Assembly: GCA_027021615.1 (NCBI GenBank)
Contig: JALUTY010000085.1
Span: forward strand, 1-29,541
From: a bacterium
Lineage (GTDB): Bacteria > Desulfobacterota > Deferrisomatia > Deferrisomatales > Deferrisomataceae
DNA: 29,541 nt
Direction: 5' to 3'
Under the pieces are notes generated by a model. That model made no database searches. It saw only the letters and a list, made by a program, of their open reading frames with translations, and had not been told where the DNA came from. The position numbers and the translations under genes were made by a program. Positions 1 through 9,149 of the stretch are shown here, piece by piece (the first letter of the stretch is position 1; each line of letters starts with the position of its first letter).

Positions 1-2
1 TG

Positions 3-428
3 CCCCCAGCCCCGCAGGGGCCGGCAGTGGAGACGGTCGCGCCGGGCGGGAGCACCCCGGCAGGGGAAGGGGATGGGGCCGCTGCGCCCGAACCGGAGGC
101 GCCGGCCCAGGCGCCCGAGGCCCCCCAGACCCGGGAGGATCCGGCGGAGGAGACCGCAGCGCCGACAACCGCCCCTTTCACCCTGGAGATCCGAGCCACG
201 GAGAAGGCCTGGGTTCGGGTGGTGGCCGACGGCGGCGAGCCCGACGACCAAGTGTTCCGGCCCGGGGAGAGGCGCACCTACGAGGCCCGCAACGGGTTCT
301 CCGTGAAGCTGGGCAACGCCGGCGGGGTACGGTTCGTGTGGAACGGCACCCTCCTCAAGGTGCCCGGTCGGCCGGGGGAGGTGAAGGAGGTGCGGCTGCC
401 CGCGGAGCTGGAGGCCCTGCTGCCGTGA
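3..428 (+). CDS. RodZ-like C-terminal domain (DUF4115-like), 5'-truncated by window edge
   Basis: Frame open from the window start. Pro/Ala-rich linker followed by LEIRATEKAWVRVVADGG...RTYEARNGFSVKLGNAGGVRFVWNG, characteristic of the RodZ C-terminal domain. Confidence 0.75.
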   Translation, partial: PPAPQGPAVETVAPGGSTPAGEGDGAAAPEPEAPAQAPEAPQTREDPAEETAAPTTAPFTLEIRATEKAWVRVVADGGEPDDQVFRPGERRTYEARNGFSVKLGNAGGVRFVWNGTLLKVPGRPGEVKEVRLPAELEALLP

Positions 429-1279
429 TCGGTTGGCCCGGCGACCCATTGGCCGCGGCCGCGGCCAGGGCCTTGGGGCCCGCGTTCCGGGCCGAGGTGG
501 CCGTGGTGCTGGGGTCGGGCCTGGGAGAGGTGGCGGGGCCCCTGGAGCGATCTGTTCCTTTTGCTCGGGTGCCCGGACTGTCGTCCTGCGGGGTGCCGGG
601 CCATGCGGGAAGGGTCGGGATCGCCCGGGTGGCGCAGACGCCGGTCGTGGTGTTCCAGGGCCGGCGCCACCTCTACGAGGGGATCTCCCCGGGCCAGGCC
701 GCGTTCCCGATCCGCTTGGCCCGGCGGCTGGGGGCCGGACTGGTGGTGCTGTTCGCTGCGGCCGGCTCCGTGGACCCGGGGCTCGATCCCGGCACCTGGA
801 TGTTCGTGACCGACCACGTGAACAATATGGGCCGCAACCCCCTGGAAGGGGTGCGGTTTCCGGACCGGACCCCCGCGTTCGTGGACCTGACGGGGGTGTA
901 CCGCACCGATCTCTGGCCCGCGTTGGCCCGGACCCCGGGGATTCCCACCGCCCGGGGGGTGTACGCCGCGTTCGCCGGCCCCACCTACGAGACGCCGGCC
1001 GAGGTGCGGTGGGCCCGGAGCCAGGGGGCCCGGGCGGTGGGGATGTCGGTGGTGCCCGAGGCGGTGTGGGCCCGGTTCCTGGGCCTGGACGTGGTGGCCT
1101 GGGCCCGGGTGGCGAACCCCGCGGCCGGGGTCTCGGAGGCGCCGGTGAAGCACGGGGACGTGCTGGCCCAGGTCGGCCGGAACGCGGCCGAGGGGAGGGC
1201 GCTGCTCGAGGCCACGGTCCGGGCGTGGAAGGGGGAGCCCCCATCGGCCGCTACGCGGCCCTCCAACGGAGAAGGGTAA
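425..1279 (+). CDS. Purine nucleoside phosphorylase / MTAP family
   Basis: Motifs VVLGSGLG, GHAG, HLYEG, FAGPTYETPAEVRWARSQGARAVGMSVVPEAV, ANPAAG. GTG start overlaps the upstream stop (GTGA). Confidence 0.85.
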   Translation: MIGWPGDPLAAAAARALGPAFRAEVAVVLGSGLGEVAGPLERSVPFARVPGLSSCGVPGHAGRVGIARVAQTPVVVFQGRRHLYEGISPGQAAFPIRLARRLGAGLVVLFAAAGSVDPGLDPGTWMFVTDHVNNMGRNPLEGVRFPDRTPAFVDLTGVYRTDLWPALARTPGIPTARGVYAAFAGPTYETPAEVRWARSQGARAVGMSVVPEAVWARFLGLDVVAWARVANPAAGVSEAPVKHGDVLAQVGRNAAEGRALLEATVRAWKGEPPSAATRPSNGEG

Positions 1280-1450
1280 CGTGCGTTGGTCCGGGGCCGT
1301 TGCGGGCGGCGGGCATGGGGCCTGCGGTTCAGGAGCCAGAGTTCAGGGGACAGAAGCCAGAAAGAAGGCAAAGGCACTGTGGCCAAAGCGACGTCGTGGG
1401 ACCCACGGCCCGTCCCCTGACGTCTGTCCTCTGACCCCTGATTCCCATGC
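1259..1450 (-). repeat. About 190-bp intergenic repeat (family E), copy 1
   Basis: Reverse complement closely matches about 26892-27080 (e.g. GTCAGAGGACAGACGTCAG, CCCACGACG-CGCTTTGGCC, GGACCAACG-ACGTTACC) and partly 24340-24540. Confidence 0.75.
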
Positions 1451-1516
1451 CCCCCGACTCCGGTGTCGAGACGATCTTTCGACCGGCGACCAACGACTGA
1501 CGACCAACGACCGGAG

Positions 1517-1790
1517 TTACTAAGGCCTACGAAGGTATTGCCAGACGCGGGTGGGGGGCTGGCTCCGGCCGGGCGCGAGTGCGGCACCCCTTTCGCCGCG
1601 CCTTCGCATGCCGTCGTCAGCCAGGTAGGTCGGGGCGCCGGTGGCGGAAGTTCCTGAACTTCCAAGGCGATTCCGGCTTGGTGGGGGCGCGGCGACGTGA
1701 GGGGCCGCGCCCGGCTCTCCACCAGCCCCCCACCCGCTGGTTCCCTTGTGAACGCCGGGGATCTGACAATAGTTTCGTTGGTATTAGTAC
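1517..1790 (+). repeat. 274-bp structured repeat element (family A/D), copy 1
   Basis: Near-identical in inverted orientation to 21752-22025. Contains a perfect 16-bp inverted repeat GCGGGTGGGGGGCTGG (1547-1562) / CCAGCCCCCCACCCGC (1722-1737) and a central palindrome GAAGTTCCTGAACTTC (1647-1662). Confidence 0.85.
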
Positions 1791-1912
1791 ATGGAAGCCC
1801 TCGGAAGGTTGTTGAGGAGGCGGCGGAAAGGCGGGTGCGCTTGCCCCTCCGCAATGGGTGGTAGCTCCGATTTGGCCGCTGGGTTCATCACACCGATCAG
1901 CGAGACGAGACC

Positions 1913-2956
1913 TTGACCGACGAGCGAAACGAACCGACCCCGGTCCCCGAGGGGCCGATCAAGGCGGTGAGCCTCCTATCCGGGGGGCTCGACTCGATCC
2001 TGGCCACCCGGGTGGTGCAGGACCAGGGGGTGGAAGTGCTGGCTCTCCACTTCATCACCCCCTTTTTCGGGGGCCGCGGGCGGGGCCGCGAGGCCGAGGT
2101 GGAGGCGTTCTTCCGGGAGAGGTACGGGTTGAACGCCCGGGTGGTGGACGTGTCGGACGAGTACATGGACGTCCTGGCCAACCCCCGGTACGGGTACGGC
2201 AAGAACTTCAACCCGTGCATCGACTGCAAGATCTTTCTGGTGCGCAAGGCCCTGGAGATCCTGCGCCAGGAGGGGGCGCGGTTCCTGATCACGGGCGAGG
2301 TGTTGGGGCAGCGTCCCATGAGCCAGCGCCGGGACGCCATGAACGCCGTGGCCCGGCAGTCGGGCGCGCGGGACATCATCCTGCGGCCGCTTTCGGCCCA
2401 GCTGATGCCGATCACGGCGCCGGAACGTCACGGGTGGGTGGACCGGAAGAGGCTGTTCGGGTTCCGGGGCCGGTCCCGGAAGCCCCAGATGGAGCTGGCC
2501 GAGCGAATGGGGATCACCGAGTATCCGAGCCCGGCGGGGGGGTGCTATCTCACCGATCCCACCCTGGCGAACCGGGTGCGCAGGTACTTCGAGGAGGTGC
2601 CGGCGGACGAGCGTTCCAGCGAGGACGTGCAGCTCCTGCTGGCCGGCCGGCCGTTCCGGCTGCCCGGCGGCAGCTGGCTGACCCTGGGCCGGAACCAGGG
2701 GGAGAACCGGGCGGTGGCCGGCCTGGCCCGGCCCGGCGACCGGTTCCTGAAGGCCCGGGAGGTGCCGGGCCCCCTGGGGCTGGTGCGGCTCCGGAGGCCG
2801 GATGATCTGCCCCTGGCGGCCGGCGTGCTGCTGCGGTACTGCCCGAAGGCCGGTCCCGAGCACGAGGTGGGGGTGGGGCCGGCTCCGGACGACCTGCCCG
2901 AGAGCGTTCGGGCCGTGCGGGCGGCCGAGGAGCAGATCGGGGCCTGGAGGTTCTGA
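1913..2956 (+). CDS. PP-loop ATPase, tRNA thiolation-type (ThiI/MnmA-like)
   Basis: N-terminal PP-loop AVSLLSGGLDSILA, then CIDCKIF, LITGEVLGQRPMSQ, GITEYPSPAGGCYLTDP. C-terminal region resembles an NFACT-R-like domain. Confidence 0.75.
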   Translation: MTDERNEPTPVPEGPIKAVSLLSGGLDSILATRVVQDQGVEVLALHFITPFFGGRGRGREAEVEAFFRERYGLNARVVDVSDEYMDVLANPRYGYGKNFNPCIDCKIFLVRKALEILRQEGARFLITGEVLGQRPMSQRRDAMNAVARQSGARDIILRPLSAQLMPITAPERHGWVDRKRLFGFRGRSRKPQMELAERMGITEYPSPAGGCYLTDPTLANRVRRYFEEVPADERSSEDVQLLLAGRPFRLPGGSWLTLGRNQGENRAVAGLARPGDRFLKAREVPGPLGLVRLRRPDDLPLAAGVLLRYCPKAGPEHEVGVGPAPDDLPESVRAVRAAEEQIGAWRF

Positions 2957-2960
2957 CCGG

Positions 2961-5087
2961 GTGCGCCGTTCTGCCGACCTCGCCTCGTACCGCCACATGC
3001 GCTCGGTGCTCGCCACCCCGCTCACCGGCGTGCGGGGGGTGGGGCCGAAGGTGGCGGAGAAGCTGGCCCGCAAGGGGCTCCGGACCCTGGGCGACGCGTT
3101 GGTGTTCCTGCCCCTGCGCCACGAGGACCGAACCCGGCCGGCCCCTCTCCACCGGCTCGTCCCGGGCGACACCGTGGCGTTCCGGGGCCGGATCGAGTCG
3201 ATCGGGATCCGCGACTACCACCGCCGCCGGGTGCTGGAGGCCCGGCTCACCGACGGCAACGGCTGGGTCACCCTCAAATGGTTCCGGGGAAACTTCGGGT
3301 GGCTCCAGGGCCGGTATCCGCCGGGAACCGTGGTGGCGGGCTCCGGCGCCGTGCGGATGTTCCAGGGCCGGGCCGAGATCCACCACCCCGAGCTCGAGCC
3401 CCTGGAGAACGATCGCGACCCGGCCGGGTTCGAGCGGGTGGTGCCCGTGTACTCCGAGGTGGAGGGGGTCCACCCCAAGGCCCTCCGCCGAATCCTCGAG
3501 TCCGTCCTGGACCAGGCGCTCCCCGCCGTGGTGGACCTGATCCCTCCCCACCTGGCCGACGAGCTCGGCCTTCCCCCCATGGCCCGAGCGTTCCAGGAGG
3601 TCCACTTCCCCAGCCGAGGGGGGCCGGACCTGCCCCGGTGGGTGGCCCGACACCGCCAGGCCTTGGTGCTGGAGGAGTTCTTCTTCCTCCAGCTGGGGCT
3701 CCTGCTCCGTCGGGAGGGAAAGGGCCCGGTGGAGGGGATCGCCTTCCGGCCGGACTTTCGGCTGATCAAGCCCTTGCTCGACACCCTGCCGTTTCGCCTC
3801 ACCCGTGCCCAGCGCCGGGTGCTGGGGGAGATCCGGCGCGACATGGAGGCGCCCCGGCCCATGCACCGGCTGCTCCAGGGCGACGTGGGCAGCGGCAAGA
3901 CCCTGGTGGCCCTCCTGAGCGCGCTCATGGCCGTGGAGTCGGGCTTCCAGACGGCGATCATGGCGCCCACCGAGATCCTGGCCGAGCAGCACGCCCTCAA
4001 TCTGAAGCGGATGTGCCGGCCCATCGGGGTGGAGGTGGGGTGCCTGACCAGCTCCACCCCCCGAGCCGAGCGCGACGAGGTCCTCGAGGCCCTGCGCACC
4101 GGCGCCCTGCCCATCGTGGTGGGGACCCACGCCCTCATCCAGGACCCGGTGGAGTTCCACCGCTTGGGGCTCGTCGTGGTGGACGAGCAGCACCGGTTCG
4201 GGGTGCTCCAGCGGGCGGGCCTCCTCAGGAAGGGGCGCAACCCCGACCTTCTGGTGATGACCGCCACGCCGATCCCCCGCAGCCTGTCGCTCACCGTGTA
4301 CGGGGACCTGGATCTCTCGGTGATCGACGAGCTGCCCCCGGGCCGCCAGCCCGTCGCGACCCGGGTGGTGCGGGAGCGCGACCTGCCCAAGGTGTATGCC
4401 TTCGTTCGCGAGCAGGTGGGCCGGGGGCGCCAGGCCTACCTGGTGTACCCCCTGGTGGAGGAGAGCGAGGCCCTGGATCTCCGCGCGGCCACCACCATGG
4501 CCGAGCACTTCCAGGGCGAGGTGTTCCCCGACCTGAGGGTCGGGCTCCTGCACGGACGCATGCGGGCCGACGAGAAAGAAGCGGTCATGGCCGCGTTCGC
4601 GGCCGGCGAGGTCCAGGTGCTGGTGTCCACCACCGTGATCGAGGTGGGGATCGACGTGCCCAACGCCACGGTCATGGTGGTGGAGCACGCCGAGCGGTTC
4701 GGCCTGGCCCAGCTGCACCAGCTGCGGGGCCGGGTGGGCCGGGGGGCGGAGCGGTCCTACTGCGTGCTGGTGGCCGGCCGGGAGGCCGGGCGGGACGGCT
4801 GGGAGCGGCTGCGGGTGCTCGCAAGCACCTCGGACGGGTTTCGGATCGCAGAGGAGGACCTGCGCATCCGGGGACCGGGCGACCTGCTGGGGACCCGCCA
4901 GTCCGGGCTGCCGGACTTCCGCATCGGCAACATTCTCCGCGACGGACCTCTGCTCCAGGTGGCTCGGGATCTGGCCGCCCGGGTGCTCGCCGAGGACCCG
5001 GGCCTGCGGGCCGGCCGGTACCCGGCCCTCCGCGAGGCCCTGCAGGATCGGTGGGCCGGTCGGCTGGAGCTGGCCAAGGTGGGGTAG
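2961..5087 (+). CDS. recG: ATP-dependent DNA helicase RecG
   Basis: LTGVRGVGPKVAEKL, LLQGDVGSGKT, DEQHRFGV, MTATPIPRSL, TTVIEVGIDVPNA, QLHQLRGRVGRG. Start may be GTG 2961 or ATG 2997. Confidence 0.95.
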   Translation: MRRSADLASYRHMRSVLATPLTGVRGVGPKVAEKLARKGLRTLGDALVFLPLRHEDRTRPAPLHRLVPGDTVAFRGRIESIGIRDYHRRRVLEARLTDGNGWVTLKWFRGNFGWLQGRYPPGTVVAGSGAVRMFQGRAEIHHPELEPLENDRDPAGFERVVPVYSEVEGVHPKALRRILESVLDQALPAVVDLIPPHLADELGLPPMARAFQEVHFPSRGGPDLPRWVARHRQALVLEEFFFLQLGLLLRREGKGPVEGIAFRPDFRLIKPLLDTLPFRLTRAQRRVLGEIRRDMEAPRPMHRLLQGDVGSGKTLVALLSALMAVESGFQTAIMAPTEILAEQHALNLKRMCRPIGVEVGCLTSSTPRAERDEVLEALRTGALPIVVGTHALIQDPVEFHRLGLVVVDEQHRFGVLQRAGLLRKGRNPDLLVMTATPIPRSLSLTVYGDLDLSVIDELPPGRQPVATRVVRERDLPKVYAFVREQVGRGRQAYLVYPLVEESEALDLRAATTMAEHFQGEVFPDLRVGLLHGRMRADEKEAVMAAFAAGEVQVLVSTTVIEVGIDVPNATVMVVEHAERFGLAQLHQLRGRVGRGAERSYCVLVAGREAGRDGWERLRVLASTSDGFRIAEEDLRIRGPGDLLGTRQSGLPDFRIGNILRDGPLLQVARDLAARVLAEDPGLRAGRYPALREALQDRWAGRLELAKVG

Positions 5088-5090
5088 GGG

Positions 5091-6230
5091 CTAGCCTTCC
5101 GGCCCCTCTTCCATCAACCCCGCCACGATCCGCTCGGCGGCCTTCCCGTCCCAAAGCTCCGGCACGCGCCCCGCCTTGCCCCGGCCGTCCAGGGCCTTGC
5201 GGGCCTCGGTTTTGATCGCCTCCGGGTTCGTGCCCACCAGGGTGTTGGTCCCCTCCCAGATCGTGACCGGCCGCTCCGTGTTCTCCCGCAGGGTCAGGCA
5301 CGGGATGCCCAGGGCCGTGGTCTCCTCCTGGAGCCCGCCCGAGTCGGTCAGCACCAGGGCCGCGTCCTTCCAGAGGTTCAGGAAGTCCAGGTAGCCCAGG
5401 GGCTCGGTCACGTACAGCCCTGGGTTGAGCCGCCCCTCCGGCTCGGGAAGGGGCCGGAACCCGCTGTCGATCCCGAACTCGCGGGCCATCTTTCGGGTGC
5501 GGGGGTGGATCGGGAACACGATGGGCAGGTCCCGGGCCACCTCCTCGATGGCGCCCAGGAGCCGGGTGAGGACCTCGCGGCGGTCCACGTTGCTGGGGCG
5601 GTGAAGGGTCAGGACGCCGTATCGCTGGCCCGGGGCCACCGGGGGCCGAAGCCCCAGGTGCGGCAGCCGCCGCACCTGGGCAAGCAGGGTGTCGATCATC
5701 ACGTTGCCCACGAACCGGATCTTCTCCGGGGGTACGCCCTCGGCCCTCAGGTTCTCGTCGGCGTCGCGGCTGGTGGTGAACAGCAGGTCGGCCACCGCGT
5801 CGGTGACCAGGCGGTTGATCTCCTCGGGCATGGTGCGGTCGCGGCTCCGGAGCCCTGCCTCCACGTGGCACACCTGGATGCCCATCTTCACCGCCACCAG
5901 GCTCGCGGCCATGGTGGAGTTCACGTCGCCCACCACCAGCACCCAGTCGGGCCGCTCGGCCTCGCACACCTCCTCGAACCGCAGCATCACGTGGGCCGTC
6001 TGAAACGTGTGGGTCCCGGAGCCCACCTCCAGGTCCACGTGGGGGGGCGGGATCTGGAGGTCTTCGAAGAACGTCTTATACATGCGCTCGTCGTAGTGCT
6101 GACCCGTGTGCACCAGACGGTGCTCGATGGGGCGGTCGGGGTGGGTATCGTTCCAGGAGCGGATCGCACGCACGATGGGGGCGATCTTCATGAAGTTGGG
6201 CCGGGCACCCACCACGAGGAGAATCTTCAT
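5091..6230 (-). CDS. wecB: UDP-N-acetylglucosamine 2-epimerase (non-hydrolysing)
   Basis: MKILLVVGARPNFMKIAPIVRAI, HTGQHYDERM, VVGDVNSTMA, CHVEAGLRS, MPEEINRLVTD, TLHRPSNVD, LTDSGGLQEE. Confidence 0.93.
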   Translation of the reverse strand: MKILLVVGARPNFMKIAPIVRAIRSWNDTHPDRPIEHRLVHTGQHYDERMYKTFFEDLQIPPPHVDLEVGSGTHTFQTAHVMLRFEEVCEAERPDWVLVVGDVNSTMAASLVAVKMGIQVCHVEAGLRSRDRTMPEEINRLVTDAVADLLFTTSRDADENLRAEGVPPEKIRFVGNVMIDTLLAQVRRLPHLGLRPPVAPGQRYGVLTLHRPSNVDRREVLTRLLGAIEEVARDLPIVFPIHPRTRKMAREFGIDSGFRPLPEPEGRLNPGLYVTEPLGYLDFLNLWKDAALVLTDSGGLQEETTALGIPCLTLRENTERPVTIWEGTNTLVGTNPEAIKTEARKALDGRGKAGRVPELWDGKAAERIVAGLMEEGPEG

Positions 6231-6424
6231 GGGGAACGGCGCTCCTTTCGCGGGCCGGAACGGAGACACGGCGGCCCACTTTGCCACAGCCCCCGGCCCA
6301 GGGGCAACATCAACATCATGCGGCCGTGAGAGCAAACAGAGGCCAGGAGCCGCGCCGGCGGGGCTTGGAAGTTCCTAGCTTTCCAGCCTCCTAGCCTTCT
6401 AGCTTTCCAGCCTCCCCGCCGAGA

Positions 6425-6634
6425 TCACTCGTCGTCCCGGAACTGGGGCGGCAGGGGCTGGGGGCCGGGAACGATGCCGGCGATGTCCGGATCCTCGCCG
6501 TCGTCCGGTCGGGGCGGCTCTTGGGCCTTCCGCTCCCGGGCCTCGGCCCGGCGGGCCTGCTTCTCCATGCGCCGCTCCTGCCGGGCCTTCTCCCGGGCCC
6601 GTTTCTGGTAGGTCTGTTTGGTGCGTCTCGCCAT
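6425..6634 (-). CDS. Small, highly basic protein (69 aa) of unknown function
   Basis: ORF MARRTKQTYQKRAREKARQERRMEKQARRAEARERKAQ..., preceded by GAAAGGAG and adjacent to the cold shock gene. Confidence 0.6.
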   Translation of the reverse strand: MARRTKQTYQKRAREKARQERRMEKQARRAEARERKAQEPPRPDDGEDPDIAGIVPGPQPLPPQFRDDE

Positions 6635-6730
6635 GGGATGGCTCCTTTCTCGGTCGGGGCGTCGGTAACGAAAAAACGCGGGTCCCCCTGGGGGAACCCG
6701 CGCCGTTTCGTCCGTCGGGGGCCGACGGTT

Positions 6731-6934
6731 CTACACGGGCCGGACGTTGGAGGCCTGGGGGCCCTTCATGCCGGGGACCGCGTCGAACTCCACGGTCTGA
6801 CCCTCGGTCAGGGTCTTGAATCCTTCGCCCTGGATCGCGCTGAAGTGCACGAACAGGTCTGCGCCCCCGTTCTCGGGGGTGACGAAGCCGTAGCCCTTTT
6901 GGTCGTTGAACCACTTCACGGTGCCTTTGGCCAT
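6731..6934 (-). CDS. Cold shock protein (CspA family)
   Basis: [50 protein letters not shown], with RNP1/RNP2 motifs. Confidence 0.97.
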   Translation of the reverse strand: MAKGTVKWFNDQKGYGFVTPENGGADLFVHFSAIQGEGFKTLTEGQTVEFDAVPGMKGPQASNVRPV

Positions 6935-7217
6935 GTTGCCTTCTCCTTTGTCTGGGACCTCTGATCCCGGGTGTGTGTGCAACCGCGATGGCGCCAAGCC
7001 CAGACCGAGGAACCCAATCCCAGACTCCGGAACACGTCCATCCAATTGCGTCGAAAACGTCTGCGGGTGAGCGGAAACACAAAAAGCGGAAGAGGCCACG
7101 GTCGCCTCTCCCGCCTGGGTTCGCACACCGAAACTGCCGTCTTGGGCCGCGTCGCAGCCCCTTTGTTGTGGAACACACCCTACGCCCCTTAGGGGGCGGA
7201 TGCAAGGAGAAAAAGAT

Positions 7218-7973
7218 CTAGCCTTGTATTCTCTCCCCCGGCGAAGGCAGCGGGCCCACGGCGGCCAGGTAGTAGGCGAACTCCTCCTCCCCATCCACCC
7301 CGAGCACCCGGTTCATCTCCCCATCGAAGAACGCGGCCACGGGGCAGCAGCCCAGGCCCGACGCCTCGGCCGCCAACGCCAGGTTCTGGCACACGTGCCC
7401 CAGGTCCAGGCCCAGGTACCGCAGGGCCCGTTCTCCGTACTTCCACGCGGCCCGGGGGTACACGGCGGTCCACACGAACACGGCTGCCGCCCGGGCGAGG
7501 AACCCCTGGGCCAAGGCGGCCAACGCGATCCTCCGGCCGTGGTGACCTTCGTCCAGAACCTCCAGCGCGAACCCGGCTACGTCGAAATGGGCGAGGCACG
7601 GGGCGAGCCCCTCCACCGCCTGGACCGAGACGTAGGTCTCGAACGGGTACAGGGCCCCGGCCGAGGGCGCAGTACGAAGCAGACACGGCCCCTGCCGGGC
7701 GGTCACGCCCTGGCAGGCCCACAGGAGGGCCGCCAAGGCCTCGAGCGGGATCGGCTTCCCCGTGAACTCCCGGCGGGACCGCCGCCGGGCCAGCACGTCC
7801 CACAGGTCGGCCGGGGGCGTCCGGAGAGCGCCGGGCCGGGGCAGCGGAACCCGGCGACGGTCGGGATACCTCTTGAACGCCTCGGGCTTGCGGGACCAGT
7901 CGAGCCTGCGGGGCGAAAGGGTGTCGGGGTCCAGGTCGGTCAGGTCCCGCCACCGTCGGAGTTCCTCAGCCAT
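7218..7973 (-). CDS. SagB-type dehydrogenase / nitroreductase-family protein
   Basis: [94 protein letters not shown]. Confidence 0.85.
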   Translation of the reverse strand: MAEELRRWRDLTDLDPDTLSPRRLDWSRKPEAFKRYPDRRRVPLPRPGALRTPPADLWDVLARRRSRREFTGKPIPLEALAALLWACQGVTARQGPCLLRTAPSAGALYPFETYVSVQAVEGLAPCLAHFDVAGFALEVLDEGHHGRRIALAALAQGFLARAAAVFVWTAVYPRAAWKYGERALRYLGLDLGHVCQNLALAAEASGLGCCPVAAFFDGEMNRVLGVDGEEEFAYYLAAVGPLPSPGERIQG

Positions 7974-7991
7974 GGTCCCCCTTCTCTTCGT

Positions 7992-8522
7992 TCACTGCGC
8001 GGGCTTCTCCTCGAGCAGTCGCCGGACCTTCTCCTCCATGTCCCGGCCGATATCGGGGCTGAAGCCCATGAACGAGTGCCGCAGGTACCCGGCCCGGTCG
8101 ATCAGGAAGGCCTGAGGGATCGAGGGGATGCCCCCGTAGGCCATGCGGGTGGTCTCGTCCACCCGGACCACCGGGTAGTTGAAGGTGGTTCGGGCCATGA
8201 ACTTGGCCAGCTCGTCCGGGTCCTGGTCCATGTTCATGCCGATCACCACAAGCCCCTCTTTCCGGTACTTCCGCTGGAGCTCCACCAGGTGGGGAATGGC
8301 GACCCGACACGGCGGGCACCAGGTGGCCCAGAAGTCCAGGAGTACCACCTTGCCCCGGAGGTCCGACAGGCGCACTCGGTTGCCGTCGACACTGACCAGA
8401 TCGAAGTCCGGGGCCGGCTTGGGCTGCCGACCCTTCTCCTCGGTCTTCGAGCAGGCCGACCCGAGCACGAGTAGGAACGCCACCACCAAGGCCCCCCATC
8501 CTTTCCCCCATCGAAGGCCCAT
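7992..8522 (-). CDS. TlpA/ResA-like lipoprotein thioredoxin
   Basis: Lipobox-like LVLGSAC after the signal peptide; VVLLDFWATWCPPCRVAIPHLVELQRKY; redoxin fold. Confidence 0.88.
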   Translation of the reverse strand: MGLRWGKGWGALVVAFLLVLGSACSKTEEKGRQPKPAPDFDLVSVDGNRVRLSDLRGKVVLLDFWATWCPPCRVAIPHLVELQRKYRKEGLVVIGMNMDQDPDELAKFMARTTFNYPVVRVDETTRMAYGGIPSIPQAFLIDRAGYLRHSFMGFSPDIGRDMEEKVRRLLEEKPAQ

Positions 8523-8617
8523 CACCGATCCCTCCAAACGAAACCCCAAGGAAAACAAAGGCGCAGGCCTTAGCCTGCGCCGCGTCCGCGGGGCCCCCGG
8601 CCCCGTCGGCACTACCC

Positions 8618-8809
8618 TCAGGTGAACCCGCCCCGGGGGGCGCAGGCCCCGCCCCCTGCCCCCTTGGTGTGGGTAACCACCGGGGCCCACTGGCGCTCCA
8701 TGGGTGCCCCGCACACCGGGCATCGGGGGGCATCGGCCCGGTCGCCGGAGCGAACCAGCACCTCGGTCTTCTCCCCGCATTGGGCGCACTGGAACTCGTA
8801 GAGCGGCAC
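8618..8809 (-). CDS. FmdB-family zinc ribbon protein
   Basis: MPLYEFQCAQCGEKTEVL...CPVCGAPMER. Confidence 0.85.
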   Translation of the reverse strand: MPLYEFQCAQCGEKTEVLVRSGDRADAPRCPVCGAPMERQWAPVVTHTKGAGGGACAPRGGFT

Positions 8810-8819
8810 GGCCGTTCCC

Positions 8820-9149
8820 TCACACGACCCGGTTGAGCATCTCTTCGAGCTTCTGCCGGGGCACGGCCCCCACCACCTCGTCCACCACCTGGCCGTTTTG
8901 GAACAGCTTCAGGTTCGGGATGCCGCGCACGCCGTACTTGGCCGGGGTCTGGGGGTTGTCGTCCACATTCAGCTTGGCCACGATCACCTTGCCGTCGTAG
9001 GCGGCGGCCACCTCGTCGATCACGGGCCCCATCATTCGACACGGCCCGCACCAGGCCGCCCAAAAGTCCACTAGGACCGGCTTGTCGGCCTTGAGGACCC
9101 TCTCCTCGAAGTCGGCGTCGGTCACGTTGAGCACCTTGTCTCCTGCCAT
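8820..9149 (-). CDS. trxA: Thioredoxin
   Basis: LVDFWAAWCGPCRMMGPVIDEVAAAYDGKVIVAKLNVDDNP...YGVRGIPNLKLFQNGQ. Confidence 0.95.
   Translation of the reverse strand: MAGDKVLNVTDADFEERVLKADKPVLVDFWAAWCGPCRMMGPVIDEVAAAYDGKVIVAKLNVDDNPQTPAKYGVRGIPNLKLFQNGQVVDEVVGAVPRQKLEEMLNRVV

Noticed and set aside
2550-4718. 722-aa minus-strand ORF antisense to recG and the PP-loop gene
   Set aside because: High-GC shadow frame; translation is low-complexity His/Gly/Pro/Arg with no family motifs, while the plus-strand recG is unambiguous.
3278-5215. 645-aa plus-strand ORF overlapping recG
   Set aside because: Alternate frame of recG rich in Pro/Gly/Arg; no domain signal.
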